Below are positions 26,664 through 39,681 of a stretch of DNA of 64,000 bases, in pieces. The position numbers and the translations under genes are program-made. Within the stretch, counting starts at the first letter, position 1. Each line of letters begins with the position of its first letter. Under the pieces are notes generated by a model. That model searched no databases, was not told the DNA's origin, and saw nothing but the letters and a program-made list of their open reading frames with translations. The stretch is from assembly GCA_951406725.2 (NCBI GenBank), contig OX597816.1:82398001-82462000 (forward strand). The letters are read 5' to 3'. The stretch is from Octopus vulgaris (Eukaryota).

Positions 26664-28125
26664 ATAAGAAAAAGTGCTATTTCAAGAAATCAAGTAATTC
26701 ATGGTTTGCTATAAACTAACAAGCTTATAATTTTAAAATAACCATGAAATTTCCACAAGTACTGCTAGCATAATACATAGGTATGTATATATTTATCATT
26801 TCTATGGACTGGACAGTTTAACTAGATCCAACAGTTCAGAGAAAGGTATTGTGCTCGAATGTTTGCTTTGATATGGTTTCTACAGCTGGTGGCCTTTCTC
26901 CCACTAACATATATTGTGAAATCCCAGTCAATCTTCACAATAAATCTGACTACACTCACAATTAAATCATACAATCAGTAAATGATGTGTTTTTATTCTT
27001 AATCTTGTTTTCAAATAATAATCTCATTTTAATAATATATACATGAAAGAGAAAGAAAGCAATCCGTGAAAAAACTATTTTAGTGATTTCTGAATGCATA
27101 AAACTTGTATTCACTTTTAATTCATTTCATGGTGTTAAAATTTTCATTGCACTTCTGTAACCCAGTCGCTGACACATTTTTACTGCACATGAAGGGAAAT
27201 TAGCTCAGGAAGCAGACCACAAAAGTGGAATAGAAATTTTAACAGTTCAAGAAACACAGGAAAAGTGAATATATTCTTGTGAAATGGTTAAAATGAATCT
27301 CATCAACAATGTAATTGTTTCAGTTTAAACACATGACCCAAAAGTCAAGTCACTTACAAAACCTACAACTCTATAATTTCAACATACACAACACACTATT
27401 TGAAAGCTTTGTAGCTGTGGAGATAATAGATTATGTAAAAACATCTTTTTGTTTCCTTAAATAAACAGAAAAATAACTGAGAATCTTCACACAGATCTGT
27501 TTCAGAGATGAATGTTCACTTATCAGGAAGATCCACCCTTTATTCTTTGGCTACCCTAAACAAGTAAAATACTAAGTAAAAACACCTCTCAGATGGGAAA
27601 ACAAAGCGGACATTTCAACCATTTATAATATTTCAGGAGTTATTATTTACTTCTAGCTTCATTTAAAAAAAAAAAAACTTATATTCAAATTTCTCAATGC
27701 CTTGAATAAACCAAAATAAATTTATTCTGCTTTCTTTCTCTTTCATGTATATATTATTAAAATGAGATTATTATTTGAAAACAAGATTAAGAATAAAAAC
27801 ACATCATTTACTGATTGTATGATTTAATTGTGAGTGTAGTCAGATTTATTGTGAAGATTGACTGGGATTTCACAATATATGTTAGTGGGAGAAAGGCCAC
27901 CAGCTGTAGAAACCATATCAAAGCAAACATTCAAGCACAATACCTTTCTCTGAACTGTTGGATCTAGTTAAACTGTCCAGTCCATAGAAATGATAAATAT
28001 ATACATACCTATGTATTATGCTAGCAGTACTTGTGGAAATTTCATGGTTATTTTAAAATTATAAGCTTGTTAGTTTATAGCAAACCATGAATTACTTGAT
28101 TTCTTGAAATAGCACTTTTTCTTAT
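26664..28125. repeat. Long inverted repeat: 398-bp arms (26664-27061, 27728-28125), 666-bp spacer
   Basis: Hand comparison in 10-nt blocks shows no indels and a single mismatch (C26856 vs A27933). Confidence 0.97.
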
Positions 28126-28379
28126 ATGTTGGTCAGAATCTCCTTAATGTAGTGGTTTACCATGGTCATCTGGTCTAAGCTAGATATGTGGTTCAATTAC
28201 TATGACTCTATCCATTTTGTTTCTTTTGCGGGGTGGTATATTTACTCAATATTTTATAAGCTATAGTTTATTTATAGCTCTATTTGCATTTGAGTTTTTT
28301 TATAACAGATGTATATTCAGGCATCAGTCTGATGGAGTAGGTTGTAAAATTAATGGAAAGTGAATTAGCATAATTAATT

Positions 28380-28812
28380 AGGAAAAGATTTGTTGAGATG
28401 AGATACAATTTAGATTTTGCCAAGCCATAGCACTACTAATGCTTTTTCCATAGTGAGACAACCACAAAAGAAATTATTAGCCAAGGATAAACCTATCTAC
28501 TGAGCAATGCTGATATGGAGAATACTTATCTGGTATTCTCTCAGAAGCAGTCTAGTGGTCTTTAAGAAAATTAGATGCAGATGAAAGGCTTTTGACAGCA
28601 GGCAAGCCATGTACAGGAATGCGGTCAGCATGATGAGAGGTGACAATGAGTTCAGTAAAGAATATAGGGTGCAGGTAAGTGTTTAACAAGGATCTGTTTA
28701 GCCCCATGCTATAACAGAGGATTTTAAGATGAGGTTACCCATAGAAACTCCTACATGCTAATGACCTAGTTATCACAGCAGAGTCAGTGAAAGACTTCGA
28801 GCAGAAATTTGA
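28380..28812 (+). mobile_element. Decayed RTE-type LINE RT fragment
   Basis: …P*KLLHANDLVITAESVKDFEQKF is the decayed counterpart of WELLYADDLALIAESLPELENKF at 47539-47934. Confidence 0.75.
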
Positions 28813-30369
28813 ATATTCTCCCTGTTACACAAATGGCATAGTACAAGAGGACAGGAGCTGATAGATAAAAGTAACATAGCATTGTAGAGAGAGACTAATG
28901 ACATATTAGAAACTCCATACAACCTATATATTTAACACACACACACTCCTCAAAACAAATAGGCTATCAACATCATTTAACACCTACTCTCCATGCTAGC
29001 ATGGGTTAGATGGTGCAACAGTATCTGACAAATTGGGTCACTTCATGCTCCAATGTTTGTTTTGGCATGGTTTCTAAGGCTGGATAAGTTTGCAAAATGA
29101 GTGGGAAGTTTTTTTTCTTTGTTTGTTTGTTGGTTGGTTAAACTTCAATCAGTTACTTGTAACTAATGTTAGAAAGCCAATCTTATCCCCAGAGAAGCAT
29201 TTGTTGAAAGCACAGAAATCAAAAGACTAAATGTCACAACATCTATCAACTATTGTTGTGGTAAGTGTGTGTGTGTGGGGGGGGGTGCATTACGTTATGT
29301 ACAAATACTGACCCAAAGAGACTTTTGACACAATTTGTTTTCTTCATGTCTTATTCTAAGATTTTTAGATATATTGAACATTATCTTGAAACAGCTGAAC
29401 TATTTTTCAACAAGACAGCTAAAGGTTATAGTGTAGCCAGCATGTGTTCAGAAGAACTGCTCACCTAGACAGATCTCCTCACACTCACATTTTTGGGTTG
29501 GTTTCTACAACTGGATGTGTTTCTCATGACACCAACACAAGAGAAGTAACCATGTCCTTGATAAGACTAAAAGAACCACACAATTCCACATCCTGGCTCA
29601 CTCACCAACTTTAATACAAAAAACATAAGTGATAGAGGTGTGAATAATAGTAATGAGAAGGAGGTGTGATAAGGAGTGGAGTGGTAGAAGTACTTTAGTA
29701 TCCTGAGATAACTATGAATAGTCATGGCAATACAACATAACTGAGATGGTAGGTGGAAGACAGAGGTCTATATGACCTAGGAGATCAAGCAATGACAGTG
29801 GATGAGTGGGAGACAAGATTACTTGCAATTAGTGTAATATCACAGGGAGATGATAGGCTGTACAGGAGGGGTAGATGAAGGCAGAGTGAACTGAGCATAG
29901 ATAATCCAATGTAGTCACCTGTACCTAGGCAACGAGATGGGACTAAAGAGCAGTGAGAGTGATGGCAATAATGATAGTGGAAGGAAAATCCCGAAGTGAA
30001 CAGCACAAAGTGTTGGAGACAGACACATAATAGATGCGGTGACAACCTTAGTTACACAACCAATGCATGGTGATGAACAGGAGAGATCCACTGTCATCCT
30101 CAGTTACACTAGAAGCATAAGTACAGAATGGATGAAGAAATATGGGTGACAGTGATGTGGTTCCTAGATAGATGAGTTATAGGAATGTGTAATGTGAGGA
30201 ATGATAGAGGAGTGAGTTATAAGAGTGTTAGAAGTGAGAAGCTATCCAAAGCATCAATGATTAGACTTCAAATGTGGCATATATGCATGCATACATGTAA
30301 ATACTACATCAGGTAATATATAGCATGTGCGTGCACACACAATTTTAGCACCTATTATGCCAAGCCTTG

Positions 30370-30900
30370 TCAGGTGAGTGGGTCTCTTCCCACACCTTGT
30401 ACTACCAGTCAGTGTGATCTTTTGTCAATTCTGTGTGGTATAATCACTTCAGATCCTTCTTCCCTACTCTGTTCCAAGTTTTCATCAGTCTCTCACTTCC
30501 ACAGATTGTTTACTTTGAGTACATGGTCCAATTTTATACAACTGTTCGCCATATACATTACACACCCACACCAATGGAATCTCTCTTGCACACTACATCA
30601 GATTCCTCATATATTTAGTTTTTCTCTCAGTTCATTTGTGCTGACACTTCAGTACTGCATGTTCAACAAAGCATACTTACCTTATTTCTTTCTAGCCTAT
30701 GCAAATCCTCTGCATTCAAAATCCACATTCCACAACTATGCGGCAACACAATCCATTCACAACCATCAAATTATCTGCCCTTTACTCCAAAGAAAAAGTC
30801 CTATGTTGCTAGCAGAGGCAATAGCTCCCTGAACATTTCCAACCAGTCCTTATTCTGATCTCTCACTATACTCTCAGAACACCTATTTGCACTAATTAGG
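30370..30900 (-). mobile_element. Decayed RTE-type LINE fragment (post-RT region)
   Basis: W..MFRELLPLLAT matches the KFRKLLPLL region of the copy at ~47360-47400. Confidence 0.65.
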
Positions 30901-31869
30901 TCTCCTAGAACCAAACTGCTAAAAACAGATACTAAAAGGTATTTCATCCAGTATTCATCAATATTAGCAGCAGGGCTGGGATGAACTGATTTGAAGGAGG
31001 AATCAAGTTTTAGTTTCAGTAAATCTTGCTGATGTTTCTGGATAATGAGTTTCAAAAGGTACAGATAATATTACCAATCATCAGTTTCTGTTGCTAATTC
31101 ATATGAAATAGCATTATGAAGGGACTTTCATGTAACAGGATTTGGGCTTTTTTATCTATATTATCATAAACAACAAATATCTTTTTTGATAATACTTGGT
31201 CTCCAGGGTCACTCTCTGCTACTTCTAGCCTGTTTCTGATATCTTCCATGACATCTATTTTGCAAACTTTCTGACATACAAAATGAGAACTTATTGGCTT
31301 GAATCTTTCAAATCATATTCTACCTCCATACTATATGGAAAATGTTTCCAAGCATTGACTTGAGTAGTGGTCTTCAGTGTTTTACATGAAGACTGCCAAA
31401 TTGAATAGTGCAGAAATGGGATTGTAGATTTTGATGTTACAGTGAATTCTTTGTTCTCTTCCCTAAAATTGCCCTCTCTTATCACTATGACAACTTTAAA
31501 TATTTTCAATGGTATAATCTCTTACAAATTACACTTATACTTGATCCATTGGCTGGATAGTAGAGGTAACATTGGATAGCAACACACATTTGTGAGTGAC
31601 TACTTGGATGACAAGGGGTGCTGCCTAATATGAGTAGCATCATCTCATCAGCAGAAAGTTTGGGGACATCTTCCTAGTATTTATGGACTCTTAGAAAAAC
31701 CAGTTATTTAAAACATGAATGCTAAACAATGAATTCTTAGAATGAAGCTAATGTTCTGGTTAGCTGACACTTGCAGACATGCTGAACTCCCTCCACTCAC
31801 CAATTTCAAAGATGTGCAAACTAAATTCTTTCTATATGCAATAAATTATCCATATCTGTTCAGAAATGT

Positions 31870-32370
31870 GAGTACAATGCTATACTGATGAGACAAATGG
31901 CTTGTAAGAGTCACTGAAGCCATATGTAGAGATGCACTCATCAATGTAAAACTCAGCAAAGAGTTCAACAAATTTAGTATTCAAGTAGGTCTCCATCAGG
32001 GTTCAGTTATTATTCCCGGATAAAGAATTTCAGAGACAGAAATAAAACCGAGAATTGAAGTGCTCTAAATTAAGCTTAACAAAAACAAAATTTTTAGTAA
32101 GTAGGAATGAAGAGAGTACCCTGCTACCATAAGGGGAATGGTCAAACGCAGTATGTTGAAAGAGTAGGTTAAGTTCCCAGATTGTGTGCTCAGTGTAAAC
32201 ACTAGACACAAGCATTGACAAGGGAGATTTTCTATGTGGCAGGTGCATAGGAGTTATGAGCAGCAAAAAGCATCTGAAAAATAGATTATCTCAAATGTCT
32301 GGGCAGCTCCCTAAAAGTGTTTGAGAGGTTTATGTTACTTAGGCAACTCACTCAGCAGTGGGGATGGTGA
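31870..32370 (+). mobile_element. Decayed RTE-type LINE RT fragment
   Basis: QVGLHQGSV (gtaggtctccatcagggttcag) and LTKTKFLVSR motifs. Confidence 0.75.
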
Positions 32371-32806
32371 ATATATAATGAGATATACATTTACATACAT
32401 GTGCACATGCGTAGGTGAGTGTGTGCACTTTAGTCAGTGAGCATGCAGAGATAGATGTGCACATGTAGAAGAGTATGTGTGTACACACATGTATGTTGAT
32501 ATGTCCTTTTGTAGATGTGTGTATATGGTATCATGTACATTGGTTTTACAACAAACAGCTTTAAAATAAAATACAACCAATATCAAAACAAAACCTTATT
32601 CCAGCAGTTGCAGCCCCTGCAACTGATACACAGAGAAAATCATACAAATCCTTTTCACTATGATGCCTCTACTGAACATGAGATCTGAGTTTACATACAA
32701 ATACAAATATAACTACACTACTGTGTTTGATACTGGAAAATAACCTGCTTCATAAATTCCAAACCAGTGATTGACCTAAAATTCAACAATACAAAACAAA
32801 GAAAAG

Positions 32807-33122
32807 GCACTCCGTTGGTTATGATGACAAGTGTTCCAGTTGACCCAATCAACAGAACAGCCTGTTCATGAAATTAATGCGCAAGAGACTGAGCACTCCA
32901 TAGTCATGCATACCTTTAAAGTAGTTCTGAAAGAGATTCAGCATGACACAGAATGTGACAAAGCTGGCCCTTTGAATTACAGGTACAACTCATTTTTGCC
33001 AGTTGAGTGGACTGGAGTAAGGTGAAATAAAGTGTCTTGCTCAAGGACACAACATGCAGCTCGGAATCAAATTCATGACCTTACAATTACAAGCCAAATA
33101 CCCTAATCACTAGACCATATGC
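32807..33122 (-). mobile_element. tRNA-derived SINE (family B variant)
   Basis: First ~180 bp colinear with 48205-48390; reverse-strand head with gtgtccttgagcaagacacttt. Confidence 0.8.
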
Positions 33123-33923
33123 TGTCATGAAAATCCAACATACTCTTATCCTAACTGAATTCTGAACTGTGCAGCTAAGACTATATGAACTATAACTTGT
33201 ACACCTTACAAGTCTAACCAAGATTATATGCTAATCATATGACCCCGCCCATCACCAATACTGCACTGATTGCTTTTCCCTCTTGAATGTGACCTGACTA
33301 TTACTTTTGAACCGGTATCTGTACCACAATTGTTATTATCTCTAACTATCCATACGTTTAAAACCTGACAATAAGATAATACTACTCATATATATGCAAC
33401 TATAAATTTAACATTAATAGCAAGAACTACATATTGCAACCTTTGGACTGGATGCTTCCTTACTGAACAGTTTCTTAGATCCCATACCTCTGCCTTTTAT
33501 CATACAGAGCAGATTTTTCTGCAACCATTCATGACCTCACTTTGTTACAACTTGCTCAGTTACTCCTCTATAGCACTTTCCAGATCACAAGTTATATAGC
33601 GGAACCTCTACCATGGGGATGTAAATTACATTCATTTTCTTATATAAACATACTTAGTAAGATAACTTCAACTCCTTAGCCAATCTGCAAACTGAAGTCA
33701 TGTGACATTAAACTGGCCTATAAGAGACCTAATTACCCTTCCAACATTACATTATTTTATTTGTAAAATAGATAATAGTTAATATAGATCCTAGCATGGT
33801 TTTCAAAGCTTAATTCTTTAATAGCTGCCTTCTAAAGACACAAACTTCTACATCTCCCAATAACTTCTTTATAACTCTTCTTCGCAATGTCAATAATTAA
33901 AAGAAATTCCAGCAAGATTTTAA

Positions 33924-34128
33924 CCCTTTTATGACCTTATTTATAATAGGGTTCATTGTGCATGAAGGATTTAACACAATAACTTCAATATTAAGCAGGT
34001 ATTTGGAACATAACAAAAATGGTCTCATCAAATTATAAAAGGCTTAAGCTTAAATACAAAGTACTTCAAAATAGCCACTCTGTTAGTACATAACTAGGGT
34101 GGTCTCAAGCAGGTTGGTATCAAAACAG
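33924..34128. mobile_element. Second TTAA-flanked MITE family (decayed)
   Basis: TTAA|CCCTTTTATGACC … GGTATCAAAACAG|TTAA. Confidence 0.55.
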
Positions 34129-36264
34129 TTAATACTGGTCTATTTCTTCACAACTATAGCTATCTATCACTTAGCCAGTTACATTATTACCATATTCCAA
34201 TAATTAGCTGATTATGTAACTTCTTTAATGTTAAATGACAGGACTTCATGACCAAAAATTTAAAATTAAGTTAGTATAACATTAAAATATGTCATTCTGC
34301 CACAAGTTAAATTAATTACAGTATAAGTTATTACTACCTACTTTTTCTCATTCTTGGTCTCAAATTACCAACTTCTATAGCAACACTTCACATTTTTGCA
34401 ATAGATACATGAAAGATAAGCATAATTACAAGTAGGATTTCTTAGTAACTTTATATACTTCTGTCTGATCCCTTTTATTAATTAGTATACATCTGACACC
34501 TAATATTTTAATACCAGCTAAAATAAAATAACACTCTGCAGAAAACCTAATAACTTTCTTCAGTATCTTTTCTTTAAATATGCAACCTTTACTCAGACAG
34601 AATCCAAACAGTTATGTCTAAATCCTGCTCAGAAAGAAAATATAAAATCTAACACAGATCAAAACTGACTGGTCTTCAATTACTAGACTGAATGAGAACT
34701 CAAGTGACCTTTTTCATACACCAGTTACCTGTTTACACCTCATAAGTGACCCCGATCTCTTATCTCTTATACAATAGTAAAAAAAATTGAAATCTAGACC
34801 TTTTTGAACATGTACTGGTAAAATTTCCCACCATTTTTTAATCATGTGTGTTGCCTTTAAAGATTATTCACCCTCATTCCCAAAGTAATAATTTTTAATA
34901 TTTAATCACCTTTTTCTTTCATGTTCTTAATTGATAACTCAATCTGAACTACTACTGCTACCAAGACTAAATTCAAGCTTGATCTTTATTTTATTAAAGA
35001 TTTTTCAAAGTTTCTTATTATTCCTTTATGTTTAATTTAAAACACCAGCATCCATATATCCATTAACATTTCAGAGCTTTCTCAGAACTATTCTCAAAAT
35101 AAAATGGAGTGGAATAGCATGTTTATGCAAGCTTTATGTTCAGTTGCAAAAGATCATAAGTGCACCAGTAATTTCTCATTTTACACTGCATTTATAAAAT
35201 TATAACAGATGCAGTGCCCAACAAAAATACCCATACAATACATGTATATTGCAAGTACCAAATGCACCCTGACTACAGAATGGATTAACATCATTAAAAA
35301 ACTTAAAACAGAACATAACATATATCACACCTAACCATACACTCACTGTTAAAATATATTACAAAAATACCAGAATCAAAACCCTTCTGAATAACACAAA
35401 GCCACAAGCTAACAAAACATAACATACTTCAAACTACCAATGTAGAATATAAATTCCCAAGGAAACATGAAAGTTGCAAACTTCATGAATAATACTGCTA
35501 CATTGTTCATACAAGTATAATACTCTCCTATCATTTGACCATGAATTCACAGCTACCGCAATACACTATAGTACAAGCTATAGAAATAAAAAGAACAATA
35601 GTTGACAACATTACAATTATATATAATATTCCACACAAAAAATTAGTGTCTATGGTGGTTATGTTAATAGCAAAATATAAACCAAAACTCAATACTCAAA
35701 TACAATATATAAATAATTAACTATGAAAACTACTAAACTTAGCTGTTAAATAACTTTTTAAATCAAATATTGCGAAAAAGGAAAAAAACTTTCCACAGTA
35801 TTCTTTGCAAACCCACTGCAAAGCACGAAATCATTTTAACATCATTTCATTCTGAGAGTGGAACTAGAAATATTAATGGACTAATGAATTTATGAAAGTT
35901 AATACATCAAACTGAATGTAAAGAACTAAAAGAATATGAAACACACTATATAAAATTATCGAACTCAGAAATAGTTACATCTTTAATACAGCATACAGAC
36001 ATGCATATAAGTGCACAATTATATTACACACACAATCAATTCTACAATATTTTCCATCTCTCCTGTCCATTATATAACCACATGTGCATGTAGTCCTATA
36101 TACAAAGGTATAGAAGCCATTTGCACAGGTATTGCCTTTGATATTTGTGTATATAGGACTGTGCACATGTAGCCATATGAATGTGTATGTGCATGCACGT
36201 GCACACACACACAGTAGGTATAGGTATAGTTATATGGTTATAAAGTCCCCTTTGCAACAACCTG

Positions 36265-37050
36265 CACAGTCCTGATGCATGGCACTGTGGACAGGTATCT
36301 TCCATAGCCTCAGACCAACCAATGCCTCTTGAGTGGAACTGATAGATGAAAACTGTGAGTGAGAACAACAATTCAGTGTTTACATGAGCACTTTTCTGAT
36401 TGAAGGACAACAACACTGCATTCATTCTCCATTGGACAAATGTTTTTTTTTTTATTCTAATGCACCATGTGGTGACCATTAGAATAAAAACAAAAGTTAC
36501 TTGAAAAACCAGTATTGTAATCAATATGATGAATAAAAAAAAAGCCCTTCAAAGTGGTGTACCAGCAAAGTTGCAGTTCAATGACTGCACCAAGTAAAAC
36601 AAAGTGTGTGTGTGTGTGTGTGTATGTGTGTGGTCCAAATTTGCTGAGTGGCACCATGGACAAATGTCTTCTACTATAGCCCCAAGCCAACCATAGTCTT
36701 GTGAGTGGATTTGGTGGATAGAAATGGAAAGAATCCCGTTATATACATACATCCACAGGGAATGGGGGCCTTATGCATGTGTATGTCTGCATATTTACAT
36801 TTGCACTCTATGGGAGAAAAAAAATACTCACTTCAAGAGGCAGTGCTGTTACTTCTGCTGTCATCAATTAATCCACTCACTTCTATGACTTGTGAATTGA
36901 GACACATCTTACTTGAAAATCAGGTAAAATGGGGCAACAGGAAAGGCATCTGGCTATGAAATGCCTCAAACCCTATCCATCTAACCAATACTAGCATTAA
37001 AATTATGTCCAACCCATACCAGCATACAAAATAGACATTAAAGGATGGTG
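36265..37050 (+). mobile_element. Cluster of decayed family A SINE pieces
   Basis: Two heads (~36265, ~36630) with gtgagtggatttgg…gaaa cores and LINE-like tail. Confidence 0.6.
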
Positions 37051-37052
37051 AT

Positions 37053-37126
<74 letters not shown>

Positions 37127-39602
37127 CATGTGCACTTCTATAAGTTCAATGCATACATAGCTGCACACATGCACATGTATATGCATATATATCATCATCA
37201 TATACATACATATAACTGTACTGAGAGAGAAAAAAAGAAGTGATGCATAGAGTTAATATAAGAGGTGCAGGATTAGTGTACATACTAGTTTTGGTGGCAG
37301 GATGTGCATAAATGAATGCTATACATACAGTGACAGAGACAGAATTGTAGACAAGACAAAGTAGGGAGGAAGAGAGAGAGAGAGAGGGGGAGGGCATGAG
37401 AGTAATTTTGTTTTCAATTATATTTTTTACTGCTTGAGTATTGTTTTATTTAATACTAGCTTAAAAGCCACACTGTGTGGACTTTTAAGGTAGCTCCTAG
37501 GGAGGGCTGCTTGGGCCTGTGGCCCAAAATTAAACAGCTAAATAGCATGACTATAATGCGTCTATAATGATTATATGCCCTAGTGATGTTTGATTGGAGG
37601 TTAAGGACAGATGAGAATTAATTCTGTAATGCAATCATTCTATTGTTCCAGTCCTGAGGTGAATTCCAACTGTTGGCCAATTTGTCTCAAAGTTCTTATC
37701 TTGATATAAAATTAACGAAGCAAATGTCATGAATCAGCCAGGCTTTATCTGCTAAAAACAGCAACCCAAATGCTTTTAAATCAGGTCCCAATGCTGGATG
37801 TTTAAGAACCAAATGAATGGCAGATTTTCAATCCTGGGATCATTCTGATTCCAAAAAGGTATGTCTATGTACAATAAATGTAGACTGAGATACAGGGGTC
37901 CTGGATGGGCAGACAGAATTTCGCCTTTATTAATTAAGAAATATTATTTGCAAAAAAAAGGTAAAATCAGACAGAACTTATGGAATGACCTCATATAAAA
38001 TATACATACAGTATGTATGTATTCATATGCCAACAAATATGCAGATACTTGTGCATGTAAATGTATATATGGGATATCATTACCATCATTCTACATATGT
38101 TTTCCATGCTGGCACGAGTTTTCCCCCGTTTTTATTGAGCTAATTAACATATGTTGTATACCTGCTGAGTGACCTTCACCTCTTGACAGTCCTCTCAGCA
38201 GTTACTTGTTTCCATGTTTTATACTATTTATCTGTTTGAAAGTTTGTATTGTTACATCATCCTTCCACTTTCATTTTTGCCATACATTTTCGTCCTTCTA
38301 CCATCACCCTCATTCTCTTTTATCCTTCACATATCATATTGTCAATTCTAAATTTCATCATTTGTTGTGTTATATAAGTTATTTTGGCACAATTTTGTGA
38401 GACAAGTCTATAGAAATAAGGTTCCTGCTGTGTAAATTAAATTTTATTTTAAACTTGGCTTTAAAAAAAAGGTGCATATGTTAAACAAATCCTGTAAAGT
38501 CTCCTTACATGCATGTATCTATAAATGCTTACTTATACATACATGCATGCATGCTCTCTCACGCACACACATGTGAATAAAACTAATCAAAGTGGAAGGG
38601 AGAAAATATATTTATTGAGTGTTTAGTGCAATGCATATAACCCCTTTCAGTTTAAACTGGGTTCATACTATTGTACACAAACTGATTTAGTTACCTAACC
38701 TGTAAGTACTTGACTGCAGTAGTGCAATGAAAATTTGGACACCAAGAAATGAATAAAAAAAATGTAATTAACAATTATTGTCATTATAAATGACTCTTCC
38801 ACAATGCAATTGCAAATATTTAAGACAGAAAGGAGAAAGGATAGTGTGAAAGAAACGAGAGGAATGTGCCTATGTGTGAGTGTGCATTTGCATGTGTGTG
38901 TGTGCTGGATTATTTACTTTATACAATTGTGTGCGTGGTTCTATTGTAATAATATGAGAATGTGTACCCATGCTACAATCAGATTTGTGTATGCATATAA
39001 TGTGATGTCATAAGTCTATGTGTGTATATTACTGTTTAGCTCTCATTCATCCCTGATCAAGTAGATTTATAATCAAAGACATTCCAACCATGATCATCCT
39101 ATCTTATTTTCCAACTGTTTATTCAAAGCTACATTATACAATATGTTGCCTATTTTTTTCTTTAGTGTGACAAGAGCAAGATTTGGCTATCATTTCTCAC
39201 CATTCAAGCAATAACAGAGATTCATTTATTGGCTTGTTTCTGTGTAACTTGCTGTCATTGATTTACACACACTCAGTATTTGGTGGGAGTGTAGTGTAGT
39301 GCATGTATCTATGTCTGTACATAAATCTATATGTGAGTGCCCTCTGTATAATGGGTTGTGCATGTATGCCTATGTGAGTCTTTGTATATACACACACACA
39401 CACACACACAGATAGATCCTATCTGCAACTACATGGAGGCTATTGTTTAACACATACAGCCAATCCTTGTCAAATTTGTTTTTCATACCCTTTACCTCCA
39501 ACATCTTTCTCTACTCTCACCTTGAAACTGCATCCATCTCACACCAACACTCATAGCCTTCCTTCCAAACTCATGATACACAAACAAGTAGTCAAGTTTA
39601 AC

Positions 39603-39603
<1 letters not shown>

Positions 39604-39679
<76 letters not shown>
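39604..39679. repeat. (GT)n(GA)n microsatellite
   Basis: Direct. Confidence 0.98.
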
Positions 39680-39681
<2 letters not shown>

